Positions 8,118-19,400 of a DNA stretch of 36,179 bases are shown piece after piece. How positions within the stretch are numbered: the stretch's first letter is position 1; every line of letters begins with the position of its first letter. The DNA is from a virus (taxonomy: Duplodnaviria; Caudoviricetes), in the IMG/VR virus record IMGVR_UViG_3300033067_002335, positions 1-36,179 of that record, one strand, 5' to 3'. Made by a program: the position numbers and the translations under genes. The notes beneath the pieces were generated by a model, which saw nothing but the letters and a program-made list of their open reading frames with translations, searched no databases and was not told where the DNA came from.

Positions 8118-9326
8118 ATGCGTTGGCTGTACTGCCTGCTCAGTGTGTTTCTGGTCGTCCCGTTACACAACACGACAACCTTCGCCAAACCGACGGTGAA
8201 GATCATGCTGCAAACGCCGTTGGCCAAGGCGCGCTACCGCGCCTGGGTTGAAACGGTGGTGCTGCGGACCGACTACGAGATCCGGCTGCGCACGGCGCCA
8301 AATGACGTGACGCCCGCGACATGTCCGTGTAACGGCACGAAGGTATACAAGCCGGACGGGCATGTCGTCGTGCAGTGTCCGTGCTTCGCGAGCGGCAAGC
8401 AGTGCACCTGCCGCCCGGCGGGCGTCCCTGCGTTGGATCCGACGGACCTGCCGCCCGTCCCGCAGCTGGAGCCGTTGCCGCCGGTCTCGACGAATACCGA
8501 GCTGGCCGACAAGCTGGCCGCGCTGTCACAAGAGCTGGCAATCGATGTCGTCTCCCCTAGCTTTGCGCTGGCGGCAGACGGCGGGCCGGTCAACGCTTAT
8601 TACTGCACCAGTAACACCTGTAGCGCCTGTCAGGAGACAACACGCTGGATTAACCATCTGGCTAAGGATGTGGGGAACGGCTGGACGTCGGAAGACATCG
8701 AGAACGACAAGCCTGCCAACATCATTCTGGCGCAGATCCGCGGCAACCGGACGCCGCGTGCGGCCGCGTTCCAGGGCAAGCACATGATTACGATCTATCC
8801 GACCTGGCTGTTTGTGCAAAACGGCGCGGTGCTGGAGCGCTACGACGGGAATGCTGCACTGCAACTGTCCCGGACGGATGTGCTGAACAAGCTGGTGGCG
8901 CTGAATCAGCCCAAGCAGCAACCCGCGATGGCTGGCCCACCCGCTGCCGGGTTTGGTCCGTCGACGTGGTTTACACACGATGCCCCGGGGACAAAGCCGT
9001 ACGTGGAGCAGGCCCTGGCCACGTTACAGCAGATTCTGGGCAGCGACGGCGAAATTCGCGTGCAGCTCAAGCCGCGAGCAGCGACGGCGCTAGTTTCTGT
9101 TTTGTTGAGCGACACGACCGGGTTGCGTATCACCAGCTCTCCGCAGCTGGCTGCGAATGTGGTGTTTGACGGCAAGACGATCAAAGTCAAGTTCACAGAT
9201 GGCCGCGTGCAGGCTTACTGGCGCGGAGTGTCCGGCGACATTCCCGGGTTTCAGATCGACACGCAGGAAATTCTGGTGCCGATCTCCGGGATCGCGCCGG
9301 ACCAGGTGTTCCGGGTGCTGCCATGA
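8118..9326 (+). CDS. Exported Cys-rich protein with a thioredoxin-like domain
   Basis: N-terminal signal peptide. Cys cluster CPCNGT...DGHVVVQCPC...CTC. CxxC (CSAC) followed later by YPTWLF, resembling the thioredoxin cis-Pro loop. Confidence 0.6.
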   Translation: MRWLYCLLSVFLVVPLHNTTTFAKPTVKIMLQTPLAKARYRAWVETVVLRTDYEIRLRTAPNDVTPATCPCNGTKVYKPDGHVVVQCPCFASGKQCTCRPAGVPALDPTDLPPVPQLEPLPPVSTNTELADKLAALSQELAIDVVSPSFALAADGGPVNAYYCTSNTCSACQETTRWINHLAKDVGNGWTSEDIENDKPANIILAQIRGNRTPRAAAFQGKHMITIYPTWLFVQNGAVLERYDGNAALQLSRTDVLNKLVALNQPKQQPAMAGPPAAGFGPSTWFTHDAPGTKPYVEQALATLQQILGSDGEIRVQLKPRAATALVSVLLSDTTGLRITSSPQLAANVVFDGKTIKVKFTDGRVQAYWRGVSGDIPGFQIDTQEILVPISGIAPDQVFRVLP

Positions 9327-9736
9327 GTGTGACTGACCCACAACTTTTGCAAGAACTGGAAGCGACAGCGCTCGCAGCGATTAACGATGCGCAGCCCGCC
9401 GCAGCTACGTTATCTGGACGCCCGGTGACCTCGGCAACGCGGACTACGGTTGCAGCGGCCGCTGCTCGCTTTTTTGCTGCGCATGTTGGCACTGACGGTT
9501 GGCAGCCGGACGATAACACCCCGCAACTGATTAAGAACTCGGCGCGGCACGCCAAAACAGCCATTGCGGCAGAGCTGAAAGCTTCTGGTCAGCCTGTTGG
9601 CAGTTTCTTCGTCGTTTGGATTCTTCCCGCACTGTTGCGGCTGGTGTTTTCAGCCCTCTGGAACTGGTGGTTTAGTTCTGCCAGCAACAGGCAACAGCTT
9701 CAGGCATTTCAGCAACAAAGGCCGTCCGATGAGTGA
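9323..9736 (+). CDS. Hypothetical membrane protein
   Basis: 137-aa ORF with ATGA overlap and a C-terminal hydrophobic segment (FFVVWILPALLRLVFSALW). Confidence 0.6.
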   Translation: MSVTDPQLLQELEATALAAINDAQPAAATLSGRPVTSATRTTVAAAAARFFAAHVGTDGWQPDDNTPQLIKNSARHAKTAIAAELKASGQPVGSFFVVWILPALLRLVFSALWNWWFSSASNRQQLQAFQQQRPSDE

Positions 9737-10244
9737 TGAACTTGTCCACCGCTCCGCTACCCGCCGCTATACGTTCGGCAAACTGGTATTCTGGGCCGAC
9801 GACGGGCAGATTGTGATTTTGAATACCCGCACGGGGCGGCTGCGGGTGCGGACAGTGGAATACCTGAAACAGCACATCCGCAACGCCAAGCAGATGTGCA
9901 TCCGCCGCAACTACTCGGAAGGCGTCGCCGCGCAGCGCGATAACCGAAAACGGCAAATCCGGTTCATTCAGGATGCCGAAGCCTGTATCGCCGAAGCCAA
10001 GCACCAGGGTGATCCTTACGACCCCGTTACACGCAACTTTCGCGAGCGCCACCGTCGGAATTTTAACGCAGCCCCGCAGTATCATTACGGGTTGCGGCGA
10101 CTGGCGCTGAGTGCCGCTGACAAAATGCTGTTGCCCAAACTGCCCGAAGGCACGAACATAAGACTCGACGCGCCGGTGCCCACGCTTTATACACCGCCGC
10201 GGAAACGTACCGTTATCAGCCTGCCTGTCTACGCTCAAGAGTAG
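9729..10244 (+). CDS. Hypothetical basic protein
   Basis: Likely start ATG 9729 (MSDELVH), overlapping the upstream stop, within track ORF 9597-10244. Confidence 0.6.
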   Translation: MSDELVHRSATRRYTFGKLVFWADDGQIVILNTRTGRLRVRTVEYLKQHIRNAKQMCIRRNYSEGVAAQRDNRKRQIRFIQDAEACIAEAKHQGDPYDPVTRNFRERHRRNFNAAPQYHYGLRRLALSAADKMLLPKLPEGTNIRLDAPVPTLYTPPRKRTVISLPVYAQE

Positions 10245-10251
10245 CTCGACT

Positions 10252-10659
10252 ATGGACAACCAGCAGCAGTTTGTCGCCGGGTTTCTGGCTAGTTGTGCCG
10301 ATCGGGGGCTATCTCCGCAAGCGGCCGAAACACTGGCAGATGTCGCTGTGCGTTTCCCGAAGCAGGCTGCCGGGCTATCTGACTGGTTTAATGCCGGCGC
10401 CTATGCTGACAGCATCGGTAAAGGCGTCAAAATGGTCAAAGAGGTGGTAGCGCCGGTGGGTGCTCTCGGGTTAATGGCCGGCGGCGCCGGTCTGGGGCTT
10501 GCCGCCACGGGCGGCTATCACGCCGGGAAGTGGCTGGGGCGCGCGCAAGACAAGGGGACAGACCCGGAAGATATTCGTGTACAGGAGCTGGTGGCCGCGC
10601 TGCACCGGAACGCTCGCCAGATGAACTATCAGCGACAGCGCATGACTCCCCGCGCCTAG
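10252..10659 (+). CDS. KxA/Gly-zipper putative virion protein
   Basis: 135 aa; short helical leader, PKQAAG, then GALGLMAGGAGLGLAATGGY. Confidence 0.65.
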   Translation: MDNQQQFVAGFLASCADRGLSPQAAETLADVAVRFPKQAAGLSDWFNAGAYADSIGKGVKMVKEVVAPVGALGLMAGGAGLGLAATGGYHAGKWLGRAQDKGTDPEDIRVQELVAALHRNARQMNYQRQRMTPRA

Positions 10660-10691
10660 CCGGTTGCGGGACTACAAGGAGGTAGGTTACT

Positions 10692-10898
10692 ATGGCTTTC
10701 AGTGTCGGGGATCGTGTGCTGGTATCTGATAATTTTATCCACAACCGCGGTCAGTACGGCGTCGTGCTGTCTGTCAGCGGCGACAACCACGATGTGCGTA
10801 TTGACGGCTACCCGTCTGGCGCGACCGTGCTGCTGACGACTTCGCAGCTGATCAGCACCACGCTACCGGAGCCGCTGACGTACGCGGAAGATGCCTGA
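10692..10898 (+). CDS. Small SH3/KOW-like beta-barrel protein
   Basis: Strong RBS AAGGAGG. Pattern FSVGDRVLV...GQYGVVLSV...VRIDG. Confidence 0.6.
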   Translation: MAFSVGDRVLVSDNFIHNRGQYGVVLSVSGDNHDVRIDGYPSGATVLLTTSQLISTTLPEPLTYAEDA

Positions 10899-10922
10899 GT
10901 CGCAGGCTAGATCGATGGCTTT

Positions 10923-11477
10923 ATGACGGACTCGCCCTATACAGCTGGCCCACTGCTCGATTTGCCTATGCGGGGCACAGACCCCCGGATCCAGCCCCTG
11001 CTGCGTCGCCACGAGCAGGAGCTGGCTCCGACAGAGTTGGACTTCAAGTACCGCAAATTCTGTCTGTGGATTGAGGCTGAGGCTAAAGAGTACTGCGCAC
11101 TGATGGGTCGTTTGCTGCTGCCGCGGGGCGGCTGCGGGGAATACCGCCGATATGAACGCTACGACGAGCAAAACCATGGCATTGAAGTCTGTCTCCAGTG
11201 GTACGAAGCGTTCCGCAACCTCGACAAGCTCCCCGACCGCTTGCGCAACGCGCCCGGGCGCACGCAAACACGCAGCAGTAGCACTTACCCAGCAGCAGAA
11301 GCAAATGGAAGCCGCGCGGAGCATTCTGGCAGCGCTGGGGATGGGAGTTGGTGGAGGAGCGGCGTTACGGTCCCTGACGGGGCTCGGCTCGTTGAATCCC
11401 CCAGCCCCGCCCGTATCGATGACGAGTTCCCTGCCGACGGAGATGCCGATCTACGTGCCTGGGCACCGCCTCCCTGA
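10923..11477 (+). CDS. Hypothetical protein
   Basis: The first ~110 aa look globular. The tail overlaps the next ORF, so the 3' end may not be functional. Confidence 0.55.
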   Translation: MTDSPYTAGPLLDLPMRGTDPRIQPLLRRHEQELAPTELDFKYRKFCLWIEAEAKEYCALMGRLLLPRGGCGEYRRYERYDEQNHGIEVCLQWYEAFRNLDKLPDRLRNAPGRTQTRSSSTYPAAEANGSRAEHSGSAGDGSWWRSGVTVPDGARLVESPSPARIDDEFPADGDADLRAWAPPP

Positions 11478-13434
11478 CAAGCAGAAGAAGCTGGCTACAG
11501 CTGCGTACCCGCCGCCTGACGCTGATTATTCGCCGCTGGCCGACACGGTATCGCGCACAGCCCACGCGGCAGGCGGCGCTGACGCGTTACCAGCGCTTGC
11601 TGCCGCGGCCTTGGGGTTGGGCTTGCTGCCCTCAGCGGCCTGGATGTACGGCTCAGCAACATCCCCACGCGGGCGTGTATTGCATGGCGCCGCGTCTGCA
11701 AAAAATCGCCTAATGACTACGGGTACTGGCGCCGCATTGGGCAGTATTGGCGGCGGCGTGCTCGGCGCATTGCTGACAAGGGAGCCGATGCTCGGCACAA
11801 ACACCGGTATCGCAGCCACGCTCGCTGGCGCAGGTCTCGGCGGCTATGGCGGGTATCAGTGGGGCAAAGCCACACATCCCGGACCCGTAGAGCTGGGTTT
11901 GGGTGACAAAGACACGGAACCTGCGCGCAAAGCCGCGCAGCAGAAGAAGCTGGCTACAGCTGCGTACCCGCCGCCTGACGCTGATTATTCGCCGCTGGCC
12001 GACACGGTATCGCGCACAGCCCACGCGGCAGGCGGCGCTGACGCGTTACCAGCGCTTGCTGCCGCGGCCTTGGGGTTGGGCTTGCTGCCCTCAGCGGCCT
12101 GGATGTACGGCTCAGCAACATCCCCACGCGGGCGTGTATTGCATGGCGCCGCGTCTGCAAAAAATCGCCTAATGACTACGGGTACTGGCGCCGCATTGGG
12201 CAGTATTGGCGGCGGCGTGCTCGGCGCATTGCTGACAAGGGAGCCGATGCTCGGCACAAACACCGGTATCGCAGCCACGCTCGCTGGCGCAGGTCTCGGC
12301 GGCTATGGCGGGTATCAGTGGGGCAAAGCCACACATCCCGGACCCGTAGAGCTGGGTTTGGGTGACAAAGACACGGAACCTGCGCGCAAAGCCGCGCAGC
12401 AGAAGAAGCTGGCCGGGCTGCTTACGCGCCAGCTGGCTATTCCGACAGCGTACCGGGCGCTGATCGGAAAAGGGCAGCCGGATCCGCGCGTCGTGCAGAC
12501 GCACGAGCCAACATGGCTAGGGCGTATGGTGGGGAAGCCACAGCCCAGTGACCTCGTAAACAAAGCTTTGAATTCCGTGGATGCCATAGACCGCAGCGGG
12601 GCTTACGGCGGGGCTATGGACAATCACGATTCGTCGATGCTGCTCGCGATGCAGCTCGCAATTGCACATCCGGAGTACTTTCGTCCGCTGAACATTGACA
12701 CTGCCACAGCCGACATCGCCGACCCCGCAGATAGTGCGGCCACGCTGGCGCGACAAAACGGGCAGGAACTGCCAAAACCCGCGCACGCGCCCGCGCAAAA
12801 GGCAGCTCTCGACCTGGCGGCGCTGCAGCAGATGGCGAATCAGCACGTCGTGCAACCAATCACCAACGCGGTCAAGAACTTCTCCTACGACAAGCACATT
12901 GTTGAGCCACTGGCGAAGCAACTGCCAACCGTGACAACAGACAACCCGAACAACGCCTGGTGGCGCATGCCGGCAGCTGTCGGTGCTGGCGGCCTGGGGC
13001 TCGGTATCGGTTACGGCGCTGTAAACAGCGGTTTGAAGGCGCTCAAGAAGCGCGACAACCAGGCGCAGCTGGCCGCAGCTGAGAAAGAGTACCAGGATGC
13101 CATGGAAGCGCAGTACCGCCAGTTGCTGCATAGTAAGACGTCCAGCATCGCGCAGCTGTACGACCTGAAGAAAACCGGCAGCTGGACAGCGAACGATATG
13201 CTGCAGGGTGCCGGGGGATACTATGGCGGCATGGCGGCCCTGCTGGCTGCGCTGTTCGGTGCCCAAGGTTACCGAGCCGGCCGCCAAACAGGCGAAGCCG
13301 CGCTGACAGACAAGGCCCTGCAACTCCGGGCGCTGTCGCGACCTGCACCGCAACCGCCCCTGGCAGTACCGGTCACGCTTGACGAACAAATCCCGTCACA
13401 CGAAAAGAAACTGCAACAGGAATCCCTGCTGTGA
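11152..13434 (+). CDS. Modular KxA/Gly-zipper putative virion protein with a duplicated 153-aa module
   Basis: 760-aa ORF (true start uncertain, possibly ~11250-11305). KHAA, KKLA x3, KAA, KTS and KTG motifs, most followed by Gly-rich hydrophobic helices. GTGA overlap with the RNAP gene. Confidence 0.75.
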   Translation: MNATTSKTMALKSVSSGTKRSATSTSSPTACATRPGARKHAAVALTQQQKQMEAARSILAALGMGVGGGAALRSLTGLGSLNPPAPPVSMTSSLPTEMPIYVPGHRLPDKQKKLATAAYPPPDADYSPLADTVSRTAHAAGGADALPALAAAALGLGLLPSAAWMYGSATSPRGRVLHGAASAKNRLMTTGTGAALGSIGGGVLGALLTREPMLGTNTGIAATLAGAGLGGYGGYQWGKATHPGPVELGLGDKDTEPARKAAQQKKLATAAYPPPDADYSPLADTVSRTAHAAGGADALPALAAAALGLGLLPSAAWMYGSATSPRGRVLHGAASAKNRLMTTGTGAALGSIGGGVLGALLTREPMLGTNTGIAATLAGAGLGGYGGYQWGKATHPGPVELGLGDKDTEPARKAAQQKKLAGLLTRQLAIPTAYRALIGKGQPDPRVVQTHEPTWLGRMVGKPQPSDLVNKALNSVDAIDRSGAYGGAMDNHDSSMLLAMQLAIAHPEYFRPLNIDTATADIADPADSAATLARQNGQELPKPAHAPAQKAALDLAALQQMANQHVVQPITNAVKNFSYDKHIVEPLAKQLPTVTTDNPNNAWWRMPAAVGAGGLGLGIGYGAVNSGLKALKKRDNQAQLAAAEKEYQDAMEAQYRQLLHSKTSSIAQLYDLKKTGSWTANDMLQGAGGYYGGMAALLAALFGAQGYRAGRQTGEAALTDKALQLRALSRPAPQPPLAVPVTLDEQIPSHEKKLQQESLL
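11481..12413 (+). repeat. 459-bp tandem duplication bounded by 15-bp direct repeats
   Basis: Units 11481-11939 and 11940-12398 show no mismatch by eye. GCAGAAGAAGCTGGC occurs at 11481, 11940 and 12399. Confidence 0.95.
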
Positions 13435-16400
13435 GCGACCCGCAAACGCCTGTAGACCTCTTCGACGAAGCCGGCCAGCCTGAAGGGGCAGCGCCGGCTT
13501 CGGACCTTTTTGACGCACCGCCAGCTCCGCCACCTGCTGCGCCGGTAACACTGCGTCGTTTTGACGATTCTGCGACAGCGCGGCAGGCTATTTTCAACAA
13601 CGTGCTGGCGGCTACCCAAGCCATTGAGCCGCTGGAGAACGCACGCTACCGCCTGTCTGTGCACGATGTCAAATACATCGATCCGGATACGTTTCGCAAG
13701 CGGGACTACAAGCACGCCATCCTGTCCGGGAAAACGCTTGGTCGTCGCATGCAGGGCACGCTGCAACTGACGGATCTGCAGACACAAAAACCGGTCGTGG
13801 CGAAGAAGATGACACTGGCTGTGGTGCCCTACCTGACTGACCACGGCACGTACATCTACCGGGGGACCGAGTACGGACTGGCGAACCAGCTGCGGCTGAG
13901 GTCAGGGGCGTTTGCGCGGCTGAAAGAAAACGGCGAGACGGAAACCCACATCAACGCCATCCCCGGCAAGGGTGTGACACACCGCGTGTTTATGGAACCG
14001 GCCACTGGTGTGTTCAAAATCCGGGCACAGCAGGCAGAGTTCCCGCTCTATCCGGTGCTGACCGCGCTGGGTGTGAACGACGAAGACATCAAAGCCCGCT
14101 GGGGCAATGCCATTTACGCGGCCAACCGGAAAAAAGCCGATCCGCAAGTTCTGCTGCGGGCGCACGAGAAGCTGGTGCGCCGGCCCAAAGCGCAGGATTA
14201 CGACGGCAAAGTGAAAGAGCTGCTGGAGTCGTTGCGCAACACGGAGCTGGATCCGGAAGTGACCCAGCGCACGCTGGGCAAGCCGTACAACCGGTTGTCT
14301 GCGGAAGTGTACGCGGATGTATCCCACAAGCTGCTGCAGTTATCCCGTGGCGAAGCGACGCCGGATGACCGCGATGCCATGCCGTATCAGGTGCTGATGG
14401 GACCAGAAGACCTGTTCGCCGAACGGTTGAAGCGGGCCCGCAACTCGCTGCGGCAGTTGCTGTTCAAAGCCACGACAAAAGGCAACCTGGACAACGTGCC
14501 TGTCCGGCCGCTGGACCAGGAGATCCACAACACGTTGCTGACGAGCGGGCTGGGCAGCCCGCTGGAAGAAATCAATCCGACTGAGTTGTTGGACCAGCAG
14601 ACCCGCGTAACCCGCTTGGGTGAAGGCGGCCTGCCGGGGGTTGACTCAGTGCCGCTGGAGTCACGCGCAGTCCAGCCGACACAGGTAGGCTTTATCGACT
14701 TCATGAGGACCGCTGAATGTTATGACGCCGAGACCGAGGTGTTAACACAGACAGGCTGGAAGCGGTGGGCGTTTGTTACTCACGACGACCTGCTGGCCTG
14801 CTTGCATGAAAACTCGGTCCGCTATTACCGCCCGCAGCGGCTGGTGCGCTACACCTACACTGGCACAATGTACCGCACGGCTACTGGCAGTTTGTGCGTT
14901 ACCGCCGGGCATCGTATGTGGGTACGAGCTGCAAATGCTGCCGATTTTGAAATTGTGCCTGTTGAAAAGCTGGTTGATAACAACCAACCATACTACCTTT
15001 GTGGCACGACGCAGTTTGCGCTGTCGCCGTTGCAGCAGATTCAGGGTGTGAGCGAGCCCGTTTATTGTGCAACCGTGCCGGGCGGGCTGCTGTACGTACG
15101 GCGCTACAACGAGCCTGCCTTCTGGTGCGGCAACAGCGAAAAAGTGGGTATCGACGGACGCCTGGCCGGGGCTGCCATGAAGGGCAGTGACAACCGGATC
15201 TACACGCCCGTCCGCGATCTGCAGACCGGGCAGATTGTGTACAAGTCTGCCCAGGACCTGGCTGACGAGGCTGTGGCGTTTCCTGGAGAAACAAAGCGGA
15301 ACACGCCGCAAATTGATGCCCTGTTCGGGGGTCGCGTGCAAACGTTATCGCGCGACAAAGCCCGTTACGAATTCCCCAACATGGAAGGCACGTTCAGCCT
15401 GCTGTCAAACCTCGTACCGTTCAAAAGCGCGGATAAAGGGCAAAGAGCCGTAATGGCCTCGCGCATGAGTGTTACTGGCGATGCCTGGGTGCTTGTTCGC
15501 CGGCTGGACGGCACGGCATACCACGGGCCGATCGCGGACTACACGTGGTGCGCCGGCGACTTGTCGCCGTCAATCGACAAGACGACTAACCAGTTCTGCT
15601 GGAAAGCCGTGACAGCTAAGCTCACGCACAGGAATACGAAAAAGCTGTGGCGCGTAACGACTGACAGTGGGCGATCCGTGACGGCCACAGTTGATCATAG
15701 TTTCGTGACTTTGTCAGACGCCGGACGGCTGTGCAAAATCGAGCCGCAGGCTATGACCAAGCACACACCTGTGCCGTGCGGTATTTTGCTGGATTGCCCA
15801 GAAACGTACACACAACCGTTGCAGGTTGCGGCGGGCAACAAGCACAACGCACATCCGCCCGCAGCGCTGCCATTAGATTTTGATACTGGCTGGGTGGTTG
15901 GGCTGTATTTGTCTGAAGGCTACGGACCAGGCACTGAGCCGCGGCAGGTTTGTTTCGCCAACATTGCACCGGAAGTGCAGCAACGGCTCCAGACAGCCTT
16001 TGCCGTACACGGCGTAAATGCCACAACGTCAAGTGGGCGCGCTGACGGCGTGTTGGATCGTACGACGGTTAACTGGAAGCAGTTATATCTCACATTCGCT
16101 AACGAGTTTGGTGACGGGGCGTACAATAAGAAGTTGCCGGCGTGGGTGCTGTTTTCCCCTGCCGAATTTCGCCGCGGCGTACTGGCGGGCTATATTGCCG
16201 GCGATGGCATTGTCGCAAAGCCCAAAGCCCGTACTGTTTCTGTTGGCGGCGGTAGCCGGAGCGCGGCGCTAGTTCAGGGTCTTGTAGCGTTGTGCGGTAC
16301 GCTAGGTATTGCCACAACTGTGCGCAGCAACTGGGTAGATACCGGGCCTGGCGGCAGCCGCGTGCAGCAGTACCGTTTTTGCGTGCGTAAGGAGTTTATA

Positions 16401-19400
16401 GCGCGGCTGCCGGAGCTGACGCATAAGCTGAAAGACCGGAAAATACAGCAAGCAGACTGGACCGGTAAACGCTCTGCGGACTGGTTACCGGTTTTCAGTG
16501 ATCTGCACGCTATGATTTTGCGGCGTACCAGTCGGCGGGATAAATACCGCCGGCGGCTCGGCAACCGGCTGCGCGGTAATCTGACACGGCGCGACATCCT
16601 GGCCATATTCGGCGAGGACGCTGCCTGGGCTACCCGCGGCTGGTCGCAGTCACTGGTCTGGTGGGAGCACGTTGCCACAGCTACACCGGTAGACGATCAG
16701 CCAGAGTTTGTTTACGACCTGGATATGGCCGACAATGTGTTTATGGCCAACGGCGTGTTTGTGCATAACACTACCCAGGCGCTGCCCCTAACAACGCAAG
16801 AGTCGCCGCTATTGCAAATGGCGCTACCAGACAACCCCGACCAGTCTTACCAGGACCTGTATGGCGAACGGTTGGGGGCAGCGCGAGCACCGTTTGCCGG
16901 CCGCGTAACTAAAATTACGCCAGACGAAATGGAGCTGCGCGACCCGGTCAGCGGGAAGCGGCATACGATCGATTTGTACAACAACCATATTTATAATCGA
17001 AAAACACTGATTAGTCAGAAGCCGCTGGTTAAAGTCGGCGATACCGTGCAACCTGGGCAGCTGGTGGCGAATAGCAACTTTACGGACGCGAATGGCGCCG
17101 CAGCGTACGGGTTGAACTTGCGCACGGCCTACTTGCCGTGGAAGGGTTACAACTTTGAAGATGCCGTTGTTGTTTCTTCGGCGGCCGCTGACAAGCTGAC
17201 CAGTGAGCACGCCTACCAGCACGTCATGGAATGGCCCAAGGACTACAAGCGCGGGCTGTCGACCTATACCAGTATCTTTCCGTCGACATACGGCAAGGAC
17301 GTGCTGCAGAGTCTGGATGACAACGGCATCGTGAAAGTGGGCACCAAGCTCACTGAAGGACATCCGCTGATTCTGTCAGTAAAGAAGAAAGAAACCAACG
17401 AGGCGACTGTCCACCGCGGTAAAGGCGCCAGCCACGTTGACTCCACAATTACCTGGGACCACAAGGACCCGGGAGAAGTTGTCGACGTATTCGATGACGG
17501 CAAACAGACAAATGTCGTCGTAAAAATGCGCTCGCGGATGCAGGTCGGTGATAAATTGTGTTTTGACGAAGACACAGAGGTGCTGACGCGAGCAGGCTGG
17601 AAGCCGGTAGCCGCTGTTACTTGGCAGGACAACGTCTGCACACTGCAACCGGGCGACCGCATTGCGTATCTGCCGCCAACAGCGCTGCACAGCTACCCAG
17701 CCGGCGGACGCATGTATCGTATCGCGTCGCAGCAGGTAGACCAGTTTGTAACGGCAAATCACCGTATGTATGTCTGTCGGCGCGGTAGCTCGCAATTTGA
17801 GTTGCTGCCTGCTACCGCCATTGCCGGAAAACGGGTGCAATACAAGAAAAACGGAACATGGGTCGGTAAAAGTCCCGAAGCTTTTGTTATTCCTGGCGTT
17901 ACAGTGAAAGCAGGGCAGTTCGGTCGCGGTTCCCGTAAGCTGGCGGACGTGCGGCTATCGCCAACGGCCTTTATGACGCTGCTGGGTGCATTTATTTCCG
18001 AGGGCTCTGTTTTCGGTAACGCAAAAGATGGCAATTACGGTATTCAAATCGCAACGCTGATCCCGGCGAATACGGCTAAGCTGCTGGCAGAACTGGCTGC
18101 GTTGGGTATTAAGCACATCCCGACAGCTAGTGGTGTGGTTATTTATGGCAAAACGCTGTACAGCTACTTTTCTACGCTGGGCGGGCGTGCTGGCAAGAAA
18201 CGGTTGCCACCTGAGATCTTTGAATGGCATATCGATGATCTGAAAACGTTGTTTAACTGGTTGATGTGGGGAGACGGGCATTGCCATGATAATGGCCGCC
18301 CTGTCTGTTACACGACCGTATCGCCCGGGTTAGCTGATGACGTGCAGCGACTGTGTCTGCATATCGGGTATGCTGCCAACGTTGTTTGTGATCTGCCCGC
18401 ACGCGTACAGGTGATCAAGGGCAAAGCCTACAACTGCCTGCCGCGCTACAACGTACGCGTGGTCACGAGAAAGCTGACGCCGGCAGTAAACCACAGCCAC
18501 ACAAAAACGCAGCATGCTCAAGAAGAGTTTTTTGTGGAAGATTACGACAGAGCCGTTTATTGCGTCACTGTCCCTGGGCACGTGCTGTATGTCCGTCGCA
18601 ACGGGAAAGCGTGCTGGAGCGGAAATAGCGGTCTTCACGGCGACAAGGGCGTGATTTCAGCGATCGTGCCCGAGCACGAGATGCCGACAGACGAGCAAGG
18701 CCGCCCGCTGGAAGTGCTGGTGAATCCGTACGGGCTGAATACCCGCACGAATGCAGCGCAAGTTGCGGAAGCCGCGCTGCAGAAAATTGCCGCGGCACGG
18801 GGCAAGCCCTACAAGCTGAAAGACTTTGACGATATTGACGACATTATCGGCTTTGCCCAGGCCGAGATGGACAAGCACGGCATGAAGCTGGAAGAGGACC
18901 TGACCGACCAGGAGACTGGCCGAAAGCTGCCCAAGGTGTTGTCCGGCGTGCGGTACTACATGAAGCTGCACCACCAGGCCGAGGCGAAAGAGCAGGGGCG
19001 AGGACTGGGCGCCTACAGCGCTGAAGGTACACCGGCCAAGGGTGGTTTCGGGGGCAGCAAGCGCATCGGCATGCTGGAGACAACATCACTGCTGAGCCAT
19101 GGTGTGCCCAACATTCTGCGCGACGCCAAGTTTGTGCGTGGCCAGGCCAGCCCGGACTACTGGGCTATGTATGCGGCGGGCTACACGCCGCCGACACCAA
19201 CAGTCCCGTTCACCTACCAGAAGTTCGTCAACCAGCTGCGCGGCATGGGGCTGAACCCGGTCCGCGAGAACCACAAAGTCCACATCATGGCCCTGACAAA
19301 CAAGGCTGTGGACGAGCTGGCCGGTACGCGTAACCTGAACAACGCGGATACCGTGAACTGGAACGAGCAGATGACACCCAAGGCGGGCGGGCTGTTCGAT

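Noticed and set aside
11481-12413. Diversity-generating retroelement TR/VR pair or CRISPR array
   Set aside because: The copies are adjacent, in frame and identical with no adenine-specific mismatches. There is no reverse transcriptase and no repeat-spacer periodicity.
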